Shown here: piece by piece, positions 8,344-17,497 of the stretch
How the letters are laid out: each line of letters opens with the position of its first letter
Numbering within the stretch: the stretch's first letter is position 1
Source: Candidatus Omnitrophota bacterium
Lineage (GTDB): Bacteria; Omnitrophota; Gorgyraeia; B26-G9
Direction of reading: 5' to 3'
Length of the DNA stretch: 47,884 bases
NCBI GenBank assembly: GCA_018895275.1
Contig: JAHIOQ010000125.1
Coordinates: 1 to 47,884 of the forward strand
Translations under genes and position numbers: made by a program
Notes under the pieces: generated by a model
What the model was told of the DNA's origin: nothing
Databases searched by the model: none
Seen by the model: only the letters and a program-made list of their open reading frames with translations

Positions 8344-9159
8344 ATGCGTTATCGTACCAGTATTTTTATCACATTAATTTTTACGGTCTTATGCATGCAG
8401 TTATTTACAACTTATGCTTCGGCCAAAACCGCGTCTAAGCAGAAGCTGACGGCGCAGGCGGCGTTGATTATGGATGCCGATAGCGGAACGGTTCTTTTTA
8501 AGCGGAACGCTAATCTTCGCCTGCCTTCGGCAAGCACGGTAAAGGTCCTCACGGCAACGATTATCATGGAAGAGCTTTCTACGGATAAACAAGTGGTTAT
8601 CAGCAAGCGGGCGGCCGGCATTGCGCCGAGCAAGGCGTATTTGAGAGAAGGTGCGCAATATAAAGTGAAAGATTTGTTGCAAGGCTTTCTCATGAGTTCG
8701 GCAAATGATGCCGGGGTGGCCTTGACGGAAGCGGTTTCCGGGACGGAGTTTCAGTTTTCCCTGTTGATGAATGAAAAGGCAAAGGCCATGGGAGCGCGTA
8801 ACAGCTTTTTTTTAAATGCGACAGGGCTTCCGGAGGGCGGTAAACGGCAGTATTCAACCGTGTATGACCTGGCGCTGTTCATGCGCAAATGCCTTGCCTA
8901 TCCGCAGCTGGTGGGGATAATGCGCACAAAAAATGCCGAGATTTGCGGCAGCGACGGCAAAAGTATTTCATTGCGCAACCATAATAAATTTCTTTGGCGC
9001 TCTACAAATGACTTGATCGGGAAAACAGGATTTACGAAAAAAGCCGGACATTGTTTTTTAGGTATGTTCAGCAAAGGAAAGCGCAGGTTTATCGTTGCCA
9101 TTTTGGACAGTTCTAAACCCTGGGATGATTTGGAATACCTCATGAATAAAAAATATTAG
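8344..9159 (+). CDS. D-alanyl-D-alanine carboxypeptidase (peptidase S11)
   Basis: Signal peptide; SxxK (ASTVK), SxN (SAND) and KTG motifs. Confidence 0.93.
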   Translation: MRYRTSIFITLIFTVLCMQLFTTYASAKTASKQKLTAQAALIMDADSGTVLFKRNANLRLPSASTVKVLTATIIMEELSTDKQVVISKRAAGIAPSKAYLREGAQYKVKDLLQGFLMSSANDAGVALTEAVSGTEFQFSLLMNEKAKAMGARNSFFLNATGLPEGGKRQYSTVYDLALFMRKCLAYPQLVGIMRTKNAEICGSDGKSISLRNHNKFLWRSTNDLIGKTGFTKKAGHCFLGMFSKGKRRFIVAILDSSKPWDDLEYLMNKKY

Positions 9160-9214
9160 TATATGCAGGAAAAGACCTGATAATAGTAGAAAAGATTAAA
9201 AATTGAGGGCGTTA

Positions 9215-9403
9215 TCAGCCCTCAATTTTTATTGCTTCCACCGGACAGCTTGATGCCGCTTCTTTCGCGGAATCTTCAAGATTGCCGGGAATCGGATCGA
9301 CGGCTACGATAGCCTTGTCGTCTTCCATCTGGAAAACGTCTGCGCACATATTGGCACACAGGCCGCATCCTACACAAGCATCTTTATCGATAATTGTTTT
9401 CAT
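9215..9403 (-). CDS. Single-cluster ferredoxin
   Basis: CVGCGLC...CPVEAI; GGAGG RBS before the ATG at 9403. Confidence 0.95.
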   Translation of the reverse strand: MKTIIDKDACVGCGLCANMCADVFQMEDDKAIVAVDPIPGNLEDSAKEAASSCPVEAIKIEG

Positions 9404-9433
9404 CAAAACCCCTCCTTATTTGATCTTTTTGTT

Positions 9434-9462
9434 ATTATAAGTGTAAATAAAAATTTATGCAA
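9434..9462 (-). promoter_or_regulatory. Sigma70-type promoter for the ferredoxin
   Basis: On the - strand, TTGCAT-N17-TATAAT. Confidence 0.65.
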
Positions 9463-9532
9463 TTATTTTTTTCAGAAAATTTGGTACAATATGTATAATA
9501 TCTTAAGATAGCGGACATACAGGGAGAGTCTT

Positions 9533-11035
9533 ATGGCGGATTCTGAGAGTTTAAAACAGAAAGCGGTTTTTATTATTAAGCGTTTTAAAAAAATCAGCCT
9601 GTTTTTTTTAGGATGCTGCCTTGTTTTATTTACGCTCGAGGCGGGGCTTCAGGTTTCCAGCTTTATTGCCCACCGCTTTTTTCTGCCGCAGTATGATTTC
9701 CCCAAAATTCATACTGCGAATACGCGGATAATTTTTTGCCTGGGAGATTCCTTTACCTACGGCATCGGCGCGGGATTCAATCACAGCTATCCCGCGCAGC
9801 TGGAGGAAATCTTAAACCAGAGGTCGAAAGGGCTAAATTTTAAGGTATATAATCTCGGCGTGCCCGGCTATAACTCTACGCAGGTTGCCAACCGTCTAAG
9901 GACAGTGGTTACAAGCTGTAAGCCGGACGCGGTAGTCGTTCTCTGCGGCTGTAACGACAATTGGAATTTTCGCGACATGAAATGGCATTGGAACTGGGGA
10001 ACACTGGCGGTTGATTCTTTATTGTCTAAATTGCGGGTTTACCGGATGGCAACTGTCTTTTTCCAAAACATGCGGCAATCCGGGGTTAACCCGGTTAAGC
10101 ATGATTCTTTGCCGGCAGTACGAAAAATTCTGGTGAAAGGAAATGACGAACAAAAACTGGTAGCCTATGCGAATATTTACAGAGACGCGGGGTATTATGA
10201 ACAGGCAAAGGTTTTTTATGAAAAGTCGCTTTTTTTAAAGCCGAGCAGCCGGGTGGCGCTGATGGAGTTGGGGCGTTGTTATAAGTTGAACAGAGAATAC
10301 AATAGGGCCGTGGAAACCTTCGGCGGTATGCTGAAGAACAATGTCGATGATTCGCCGGTGTATGAAGAATTGGATGATGTTTTTAGAAGATTGAACGTGA
10401 TCGAAGAGCCGATTGCTTTTTATACGGCTCTTTTAAAGAAATTTCCCGGCAATAAACAGATTAGACGGCGTTTATCAAAGACATACGTTCACTTGGGAGG
10501 GACATTGTATAAAAACGGGCAGGTAGATGAAGCGTATTGCTTATACAGCGATGCGGTCATACTTGACCCGGAAAACAAAAAAGCGCAGAAATTGCTGGAA
10601 ACCATGCGGATTTTCCGCGAACTGCGCGGCACAAATAAAAACTCGATTTTAAGCCTGTCGCCTTTTGATATCTTAAAGTTTGTGGAAGGGTATCTCATTA
10701 TTAAAATCATGCCGATTAAGAAGATAACGGATGATTTGCTTATTGAAAACCTTTCCGCGATGGCCGCCTTATGCAGGGAAAAAGAAATCCCCTTGATTTT
10801 TTCCGGGTATCCGCGAGAAATACCGGAAAAAATAAAAGAGCTGGCATTACAGGATAACATTCCTTTAGTCGAGCATGAAAGATGTTTTGCGCGGCTGTTG
10901 GCTGCCGCTCCTCTGGAGGTGTATTTTATTTCTGAGGACGATCCGCATTGCACGCGGCTGGGCTATCGCGTCATGGCGGAAAATATAGCGGAGGCTGTTC
11001 TTGAGACGATTGACTTTATTCAGAAGGGTTTGTAG
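9533..11035 (+). CDS. SGNH/GDSL hydrolase with TPR insertion, paralog 1
   Basis: TM anchor; GDSFTYG, NLGVPG, GxND and DxH (DPHCT) blocks; TPRs in the middle. Confidence 0.88.
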   Translation: MADSESLKQKAVFIIKRFKKISLFFLGCCLVLFTLEAGLQVSSFIAHRFFLPQYDFPKIHTANTRIIFCLGDSFTYGIGAGFNHSYPAQLEEILNQRSKGLNFKVYNLGVPGYNSTQVANRLRTVVTSCKPDAVVVLCGCNDNWNFRDMKWHWNWGTLAVDSLLSKLRVYRMATVFFQNMRQSGVNPVKHDSLPAVRKILVKGNDEQKLVAYANIYRDAGYYEQAKVFYEKSLFLKPSSRVALMELGRCYKLNREYNRAVETFGGMLKNNVDDSPVYEELDDVFRRLNVIEEPIAFYTALLKKFPGNKQIRRRLSKTYVHLGGTLYKNGQVDEAYCLYSDAVILDPENKKAQKLLETMRIFRELRGTNKNSILSLSPFDILKFVEGYLIIKIMPIKKITDDLLIENLSAMAALCREKEIPLIFSGYPREIPEKIKELALQDNIPLVEHERCFARLLAAAPLEVYFISEDDPHCTRLGYRVMAENIAEAVLETIDFIQKGL

Positions 11036-11079
11036 TTAATCAAAAGGCCGTTTAGCGTGATATGACAAGGTAAGTATAT

Positions 11080-12546
11080 ATGTTGAGATTAAGCGTAAAA
11101 CATAAGATTTATTTAATTGTTTTCGGCATTGGGGTTTGTCTGCTGGGGGGGGAAATTCTTCTGCGTGTTTCCAATCTGTTCTGCACGCAGTTTTTACTGC
11201 CCCGGTATGATTTTCCCAAAATTCGTGCTGCGAATACGCGGATAATTTTTTGCCTGGGAGATTCTTTTACCTACGGGATCGGCGCGGGATTCAATCACAG
11301 CTATCCCGCGCAGATGGAGGAAATCTTAAACCAGAGGTCGAAAGGGCTAAATTTTAAGGTATATAATCTCGGCGTGCCCGGCTATAACTCTACGCAGGTT
11401 GCCAACCGCCTAAGGACAGTGGTTACAAGCTGTAAGCCGGACGCGGTAGTCGTTCTCTGCGGCTCTAACGACAAATGGAATTTTCGCGACATGAAATGGC
11501 ATTGGAATTGGGGAACACTGGCGGTTGATTCTTTATTGTCGAAATTGAGGGTTTACCGGCTGGTAACCGTCTTTTTCCAAAATATGCGGCAATCGAGGTT
11601 GAAACTGGTTAAACATGAGTCTTTTTCAATGCTGCGAAAAAATGTTGATAAGTTGGCCGATGCGCAGAAATTAATAGCATATGCGAATGTTTACAGAGAT
11701 GCCGGATGTTATGAACAGGCAAAGGTCTTTTATCAAAAGGCGCTTTTTCTCAAGCCGCAGGACAGGCTCGTGCTTATGGAGCTGGGGCGCTGTTATAAGC
11801 TGAACAGAGAATACGATAGGGCCGTGGAAACCTTCGGCGGTATGCTGAAGAACAATGTCGATGATTCGCCGGTGTATGAAGAATTGGATGATGTTTTTAG
11901 AAGATTGAATGTGATCGAAGAGCCGATTGCTTTTTATACGGCTCTTTTAAAGAAATTCCCCGGCAATAAACGTATCGCACGGCAATTGTCGAGCGCGTAT
12001 GTAAATATGGCCGGAAGACTATGTGTAAATGAGCGGATTGCCGCAGCGGGACTCTTATATAGCAAGGCTTTTAATATAGATCCGGAAAATCAGAAGGCGC
12101 AAAAGATGCTGGAGGCTTTGCGTGTTTCGCAGCGGGCGAGGGGCAGAGATTATGTGCTTATGATGCAGGAATCTCGCTATGACTTTTTAAACATGCTCAA
12201 AGGGATAATATTATTTGATATCCTATCGGACAAGGCCGTAGCCGAGGATTTATTGAATGAAAACCTGACGGAAATGATAACCCTGTGTAAAGACAAAGGA
12301 ATTAACTTGATTTTTTCCGGATATCCTCACAATACTTCGGAAGTAACAATACAAGTTGCGCTGCGTGACTCTATCCCGCTGGTTGAGCATACGCGTTTAC
12401 TTGAAGTCGCTCCTCTGGAGGCGTATTTTGTTTCCATAGACGATTCGCATTGCACGCGGCTGGGCTACCGGGTTATGGCGGAAAATATAGCCGAGGCGAT
12501 TATTGATACGATCGGCAGTAAATATAGTTTGAATGTTGAACATTGA
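11080..12546 (+). CDS. SGNH/GDSL hydrolase with TPR insertion, paralog 2
   Basis: Same motifs (DSHCT); tandem duplicate of the preceding gene. Confidence 0.88.
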   Translation: MLRLSVKHKIYLIVFGIGVCLLGGEILLRVSNLFCTQFLLPRYDFPKIRAANTRIIFCLGDSFTYGIGAGFNHSYPAQMEEILNQRSKGLNFKVYNLGVPGYNSTQVANRLRTVVTSCKPDAVVVLCGSNDKWNFRDMKWHWNWGTLAVDSLLSKLRVYRLVTVFFQNMRQSRLKLVKHESFSMLRKNVDKLADAQKLIAYANVYRDAGCYEQAKVFYQKALFLKPQDRLVLMELGRCYKLNREYDRAVETFGGMLKNNVDDSPVYEELDDVFRRLNVIEEPIAFYTALLKKFPGNKRIARQLSSAYVNMAGRLCVNERIAAAGLLYSKAFNIDPENQKAQKMLEALRVSQRARGRDYVLMMQESRYDFLNMLKGIILFDILSDKAVAEDLLNENLTEMITLCKDKGINLIFSGYPHNTSEVTIQVALRDSIPLVEHTRLLEVAPLEAYFVSIDDSHCTRLGYRVMAENIAEAIIDTIGSKYSLNVEH

Positions 12547-12671
12547 GATGTGTGTTTGTGTTTAATTCTTGATTTGGAATATGTAAATTGCAAATTGCCA
12601 TTGTTAACTAAAAATGGCTCATATTAATAAAGACGTAGCTGTTTAGGGAAGATTTTCCCAGGGGAATTTTG

Positions 12672-12700
12672 TTGCAGAAAAAGGCCTAATTTGGTACAAT
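12672..12700 (+). promoter_or_regulatory. Sigma70-type promoter heading the long operon
   Basis: TTGCAG-N17-TACAAT with an extended TG. Confidence 0.55.
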
Positions 12701-12736
12701 AGAATTCCAAGCCAATGATTAATAAGGAGTTTCGGA

Positions 12737-12959
12737 TTGATACCGCTGCGAGATCAAGTATCATCAAAAGGCATTCCGTTCATAACGGTTTTGCTTATTA
12801 TTATAAATATGAATAACGCTTCTACTCTTTAACGGCTTTGCGATGTTGCCGTGTTCGGAACAAGGAACCTGTATAGCCTGGTGGGCACATATCGGCGGAT
12901 TTATTGCCGGGGTTGTTTTGACGCTGTTTTTTAAAGTTACCGGCCGTATCCGCAGATAG
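12737..12959 (+). pseudogene. Internally deleted rhomboid protease remnant (absent from the ORF track)
   Basis: AAGGAG RBS, TTG start, (M)IPLRDQVSSKGIPFITVLLIIIN; then, in another frame, LFNGF...AWWAHIGGFIAGVVL...*. Both are characteristic rhomboid termini. Confidence 0.8.
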
Positions 12960-12983
12960 GATATGTGGGAAAAAGAGGTGTGT

Positions 12984-13661
12984 ATGTTCGGACATTTTTC
13001 TTTGGAAAATATTTCGGCGCTTACGTATCTTTTAGCGTTTGGTTTCGGAATGTTTATTTGTTTTACGCCCTGCGTTTATCCGGTAATGCCGATTATTATC
13101 GGGTATATCGGCAGTTCGGAATTGAAGTCAAAGAAGGAAGGATTCCAGCGTTCTGCGGCCTATGTGCTGGGGTTGGCCTGCGCATATTCCGTGATCGGCG
13201 CGGCGGCTGCCTTAAGCGGCAGTTTGTTCGGAGTGTTTCAAAGTAGTTTTTGGGTGAATTTTATTGTCGGCAACGTATTTATCGTCATGGGGCTTTTTAT
13301 GTTGGAAGTTTTTCATCTGCCGCAGTTGGCGTTTTCGCGGCAGGCGGCTTCATTTAATACAAAGAAATTTACCGGAGCTTTCATGGCCGGAGCGGTTTCC
13401 GGGTTAGTTGTCGGGCCATGTACTACCCCGGTATTAGGTGGGATCCTTGCCTATGTTGCGGCAAAACAGAATGTGTTTCTGGGGATAACCCTTTTGTTTA
13501 CTTATGCCTTAGGCATGGGCTTTCCCTTGCTGATATTGGGTACGTTTGTCGGTTTGCTCAAAAAAATGCCGCGTTCAGGGCAATGGATGCTGCGCATAAA
13601 AAAGATATTCGGCCTGATATTGATAGCTGCAGGAGAATATTTTTTGATCGGGATGAGGTAA
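12984..13661 (+). CDS. ccdA: CcdA/DsbD-beta thiol-disulfide transporter
   Basis: FTPCVYPVMP and GPCTTPVL motifs; multi-TM; GAGGTG RBS. Confidence 0.92.
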   Translation: MFGHFSLENISALTYLLAFGFGMFICFTPCVYPVMPIIIGYIGSSELKSKKEGFQRSAAYVLGLACAYSVIGAAAALSGSLFGVFQSSFWVNFIVGNVFIVMGLFMLEVFHLPQLAFSRQAASFNTKKFTGAFMAGAVSGLVVGPCTTPVLGGILAYVAAKQNVFLGITLLFTYALGMGFPLLILGTFVGLLKKMPRSGQWMLRIKKIFGLILIAAGEYFLIGMR

Positions 13662-13666
13662 AAAAC

Positions 13667-14068
13667 ATGAAAAAAAACAGCGCGGCGGTCTATTTTGAGA
13701 TTGAATTTTTTGAGAAACTTTTGAAGGGCAAGCCGGGTTATGTGGATGTTTTGATTCCGCTTGCCGAAGCTTACACCAAAGCCGGGCTTTACGCTAAGGG
13801 GTTGGAGATGGACGAACGGTTGGTGCGCTTTAAGCCGGACGATCCTCTCGTGCACTACAACCTTGCCTGCAGTTATTCTTTGCTGGGTAAAGTGGACATG
13901 GCGTTTAAAACCCTTGAGAAAGCGGTTTCCCTTGGCTATGATGATTTTAAATTTATGGACAGCGACCCGGATTTGTCGACGGTAAGGCAAGATCAGCGCT
14001 ACCAAAACATGATATCCTCAATAGTAAACAAAAAAGGAGAGGCAAATGGAAATAATGAGCCGGTTTGA
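13667..14068 (+). CDS. Small TPR protein
   Basis: HYNLACSYSLLG...A..LG...MDSDPDL motif; true start is the internal ATG of ORF 13418. Confidence 0.85.
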   Translation: MKKNSAAVYFEIEFFEKLLKGKPGYVDVLIPLAEAYTKAGLYAKGLEMDERLVRFKPDDPLVHYNLACSYSLLGKVDMAFKTLEKAVSLGYDDFKFMDSDPDLSTVRQDQRYQNMISSIVNKKGEANGNNEPV

Positions 14069-14485
14069 TGAAATCAAAAGTTCGGCGTTACGAGAACTGG
14101 CAAACGTGGGTATCAGCCATGTCGCAACGGCGGGGGAAACATTACGAAGGAAAAAATAGATATATCCTTGCCGCAGCTGCAGCCTTTTTTAAAAGAGCAA
14201 TTACTTAATGAAGGCTCTAATAACGGCGGTATGGTTGCTGCGCATTTTGTCGTCGATGGGATATCGAACCTGACCGAAACATTATTGTTTTTGCCGAAAA
14301 AGACAGCCCTGCAATTGATGGCTAAATTTGTAAATAGCGGTGCTAAAGATATAATCAACCCGGAGAGCCTGTCGCTGGAAGAACAAAAGAGTATTTTTAT
14401 GGAAATAAGTTCTTTGATCAGTTCCACGTATTTTTCCGCGGTTGATTCCTTATTTAATAAAAAAGGAAAGGAGTCTCGATGGTAA
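14046..14485 (+). pseudogene. cheC: CheC-like phosphatase, frameshifted and C-terminally short
   Basis: MEIMSRFDEIKSSALRELANVGISHVATA continues in the -1 frame as GNITKEKIDISLPQL; the shift falls at G5 (14132-14136). Confidence 0.75.
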
Positions 14486-14883
14486 GTGTTGGCCTGTCAA
14501 AAATTATCATGCATGAAAATAAACAAGATCAGGTTATCATTCTCAAAGAAAAGGACGGGGAGCGCCAGATACCGATTATCATAGGCTTGGCAGAGGCAGC
14601 GGCGATAAAGATGAAGGTAAGCAATATCATGCCGCCGCGGCCGCTTACGCATGATTTGCTGAGCAGCCTTATCGAAAAACTGGGGGCACGATTGGAAAAG
14701 GTGATTATCAATAAGCTGGAGCATAATACCTTTTATGCGCGCCTGATTTTAATTCAGGATGGGGAAAAAATAATAGAGGCCGATGCGCGCCCAAGCGATA
14801 GTATTGCTTTGGCGCTGCGGCTTAATGCGCCTATTTTCGTGGAAGAAGAAGTGTTTAAAAAACTTCAATTCTTGAACGGGTGA
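14479..14883 (+). CDS. Bifunctional nuclease family protein (DUF151)
   Basis: PIIIG..EA, RPLTHDL and DARPSDSIALALR motifs. Confidence 0.93.
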   Translation: MVSVGLSKIIMHENKQDQVIILKEKDGERQIPIIIGLAEAAAIKMKVSNIMPPRPLTHDLLSSLIEKLGARLEKVIINKLEHNTFYARLILIQDGEKIIEADARPSDSIALALRLNAPIFVEEEVFKKLQFLNG

Positions 14884-14884
14884 T

Positions 14885-16375
14885 ATGATTTCTTTTCGCA
14901 AATTAAAACGTTTTAAGGATGATCCTGTGCTGCGCAGGATAGATATGATTTCACAGCGCCATGGCGTGAAATCGTATCTGGTCGGCGGGGCATTGCGCGA
15001 ACTGCTCTTGAAGCGAAATGCCGGTAAAAGAATCGACTGGGATTTTGCCGTAGAAAAAGACGCGCTTAAAGTCAGCCGGGATTTGGCGAAAGATTTAAGG
15101 GCGGCGTATGTTGTTTTGGATGAGGCGGCAGGAACGGCGCGCGTGCTTTATCGTACGGACAAATGCGCATATGAACTTGATTTTTCCGACTTTCGTGCGG
15201 ATACTTTGCGGGAAGACCTGCGGCGCCGTGATTTTACGGTGAATACGCTTTGCCTTGACGTACGGTCGCTTCTGAACTCGCACCGCGGGGATACACCGGT
15301 TTTTGATTATTTTGATGCGGACGGAGATATCCGGCGCAAATGCGTCCGCTTGACCCGCAAAAAAAATCTCAGTGACGATCCCTTGCGGATTTTGCGCGGA
15401 TTTACTCTATGCGCGCGCTACGGGCTTGATTTTGATAAAGAGACGCTGCTTTTGATAAAGAAACAGGCATCTCTTTTAAGAAATATTTCCGCGGAACGCG
15501 TCAGCGAGGAACTGGCGAAGATACTTACGGTGCCGTGCGCTTATGCGTATGCGGCAGCTATGGATAAGGCCGGGGTTCTGGAATTCCTGTTTCCGGAAAT
15601 AGCGCCTATGCGCGGCCTTGACCAGGGAGGCTTTCATCATCTGGATGTTTGGAGCCATTCTCTGGAAACGCTGGCGCAGCTGGAAAAATTACTGCGGCAA
15701 TTGCCGAAAAAGATTCCGCTGCGGGTTGCCGCGGAAGTGACGGTATATTTGAATGAAGAGGTTGCCTGCGGGCGCACGCGGCTTTGGGTTTTGAAATTAG
15801 CCTGCTTTTTTCATGATATCGGAAAGCCGGAAACGCGCTTTGTCGGAGAAGGCGCAAAAGTGCATTTTTATACGCATGAGAAAAAAGGCGCGGCGATTGC
15901 TGCCGGTATCGCCCGGCGCCTTAAATTATCTAAAAGGGAAATCACGGTATTAAAAAATGCCGTACGCGATCATTTACGGGCAGGATATATTGTTAACCGC
16001 CGGCCGAGCAAAAAGGCCAAGTTCAGGTTTTTCCGCGACCTGCGGGAAGATGCCGTGCTTGTTTTACTGCTGGCGCTTGCCGACCGTAGGGCGATGCGCG
16101 GAACATTGAGCCGGAAAAAGAGTTTTGTGTTTCTGGAAGAAGAGATCTTTAACCTGGTAGTTTTGTTTTTTAAGAACAAAAAAGAAGAGCCCCGGAAAGT
16201 ACGGCTGCTTGACGGCCATGAACTTATGAGTTTTCTGAATCTTTCTCCCGGTCCGGCGATCGGCGTAATTCTCCGGAAACTCGAAGAAGCCCAGGCCGTA
16301 AACAGAGTGCGTAATAAGCAAGAGGCAAAAGAGCTGGCGTTAAAAACATTACAGAACTTTGTTAAAAATGGATAA
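14885..16375 (+). CDS. CCA-adding/poly(A) polymerase family nucleotidyltransferase with HD domain
   Basis: YLVGGALR, DxD, RRDFTVN, DDPLRILR and HDIGK motifs. Confidence 0.92.
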   Translation: MISFRKLKRFKDDPVLRRIDMISQRHGVKSYLVGGALRELLLKRNAGKRIDWDFAVEKDALKVSRDLAKDLRAAYVVLDEAAGTARVLYRTDKCAYELDFSDFRADTLREDLRRRDFTVNTLCLDVRSLLNSHRGDTPVFDYFDADGDIRRKCVRLTRKKNLSDDPLRILRGFTLCARYGLDFDKETLLLIKKQASLLRNISAERVSEELAKILTVPCAYAYAAAMDKAGVLEFLFPEIAPMRGLDQGGFHHLDVWSHSLETLAQLEKLLRQLPKKIPLRVAAEVTVYLNEEVACGRTRLWVLKLACFFHDIGKPETRFVGEGAKVHFYTHEKKGAAIAAGIARRLKLSKREITVLKNAVRDHLRAGYIVNRRPSKKAKFRFFRDLREDAVLVLLLALADRRAMRGTLSRKKSFVFLEEEIFNLVVLFFKNKKEEPRKVRLLDGHELMSFLNLSPGPAIGVILRKLEEAQAVNRVRNKQEAKELALKTLQNFVKNG

Positions 16376-16393
16376 ACACAGATTTTTTCGGTA

Positions 16394-17380
16394 ATGATAA
16401 AATATGATCCGGGATATATGAGTCTTTCGGACAGCGCGTTCCGGGAGAAAAAAGAAAGAGCGGATTTATTGTCGCTGCATTGTTCACTGTGCCCGCGGCG
16501 CTGCGGCGCCGGCCGGCTGCATGGACAGGCGGGGGCTTGCGGGGCAGGCAAGGAACCGGAAGTGGCGCATTTTCAGGCGCATTTCGGTGAAGAGCCTCCG
16601 TTGTCGGGCAAACACGGCGCGGGAACGATTTTTTTTCCGCACTGCAGCCTGCACTGCGCTTATTGCCAGAATCATCAAATCAGCCGTCAGTCCGGGGTTC
16701 GCTACCCGCTAAGTGCGGAGCAATTGGGCCTAATCATGGTCCGGCTGCAGGAACAGGGTGTGCATAATATCGACCTCGTGTCGCCGACGCATTTTGTGCC
16801 GGGTATTATTGCCGCGGTGCATGCGGCGCGAGATAAGGGGCTGCGGGTGCCTATTGTTTATAATACGAACGGTTATGAAACCGCGGATACGCTGGAATTG
16901 CTTTCCGGCATAGTTGATGTGTATTTGCCGGATTTTAAATATGCCGATGAACGGACAGGATTGCGGTATTCGGGAGTAGCTGATTATGCTGCCTATGCGA
17001 AGGAGGCAATCGAGGCCATGTATAAGCAAGCCGGTGATTTGCTTCTTGATGAAAACGGGTTTGCGCAAAAGGGCCTGCTCGTGCGGCACCTTGTCCTGCC
17101 GGGATATACGCAGGAGAGTATGAATATCATCGATTTTTTAAAGGAAAGATTGGGAACAGCCATAGGCTTGAGCGTCATGAGCCAGTATGCGCCGTGTTAC
17201 CGGGCGCATGAGTTTGCGGAATTAAACCGGAAGCTTTGTGTTGCGGAATATGACGAAGTTGTGGAGCATGTTCAGGAAGCGGGTTTTACGCAATGCTGGA
17301 TACAGGAGCTTGAGAGCAATGCGGTGTATTTCCCGGATTTCGGATGCTCGGCGGTTTTTGGGAACGATTTATCCCGTTAG
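16394..17380 (+). CDS. PflX-like radical SAM protein
   Basis: CSLCPRRC, HFGEEPPL, CxxxCxxC (CSLHCAYC), YLPDFKY and RHLVLPG. Confidence 0.9.
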   Translation: MIKYDPGYMSLSDSAFREKKERADLLSLHCSLCPRRCGAGRLHGQAGACGAGKEPEVAHFQAHFGEEPPLSGKHGAGTIFFPHCSLHCAYCQNHQISRQSGVRYPLSAEQLGLIMVRLQEQGVHNIDLVSPTHFVPGIIAAVHAARDKGLRVPIVYNTNGYETADTLELLSGIVDVYLPDFKYADERTGLRYSGVADYAAYAKEAIEAMYKQAGDLLLDENGFAQKGLLVRHLVLPGYTQESMNIIDFLKERLGTAIGLSVMSQYAPCYRAHEFAELNRKLCVAEYDEVVEHVQEAGFTQCWIQELESNAVYFPDFGCSAVFGNDLSR

Positions 17381-17464
17381 AAAATACCCTGTGGCTTGCC
17401 ACCGGGTTATGCCAAATTTTACGAACACGGGGTCTAATACCACGCGTGAGTTTTCTAACGGGAT
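17371..17464. mobile_element. 94-bp MITE/REP-like element with 14-bp perfect terminal inverted repeats
   Basis: ATCCCGTTAGAAAA ... TTTTCTAACGGGAT, with an internal hairpin CCC-T-GTGG-CTTG-CCAC-C-GGG. Confidence 0.7.
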
Positions 17465-17497
17465 TCTAAAAAATATTAATGCTAAGGAGTGGATGTT

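Noticed and set aside
134-12546. Diversity-generating retroelement (Avd-like remnant plus near-identical repeat pairs)
   Set aside because: No reverse transcriptase in the window, and mismatches between repeat copies are mixed (C/T, C/G, G/C, T/A) rather than adenine-specific. A trans-acting link cannot be excluded.
13418-13666. N-terminal extension of the TPR ORF
   Set aside because: It overlaps ccdA out of frame; the RBS (GAGG) supports the ATG at 13667.
17385-17497. ZMP/ZTP riboswitch upstream of purH (GTGG...CCACCGGG resembles its P2 region)
   Set aside because: The conserved GACTGGCG and 3' CGCCTGGGC segments are absent; the terminal inverted repeats explain the region better.
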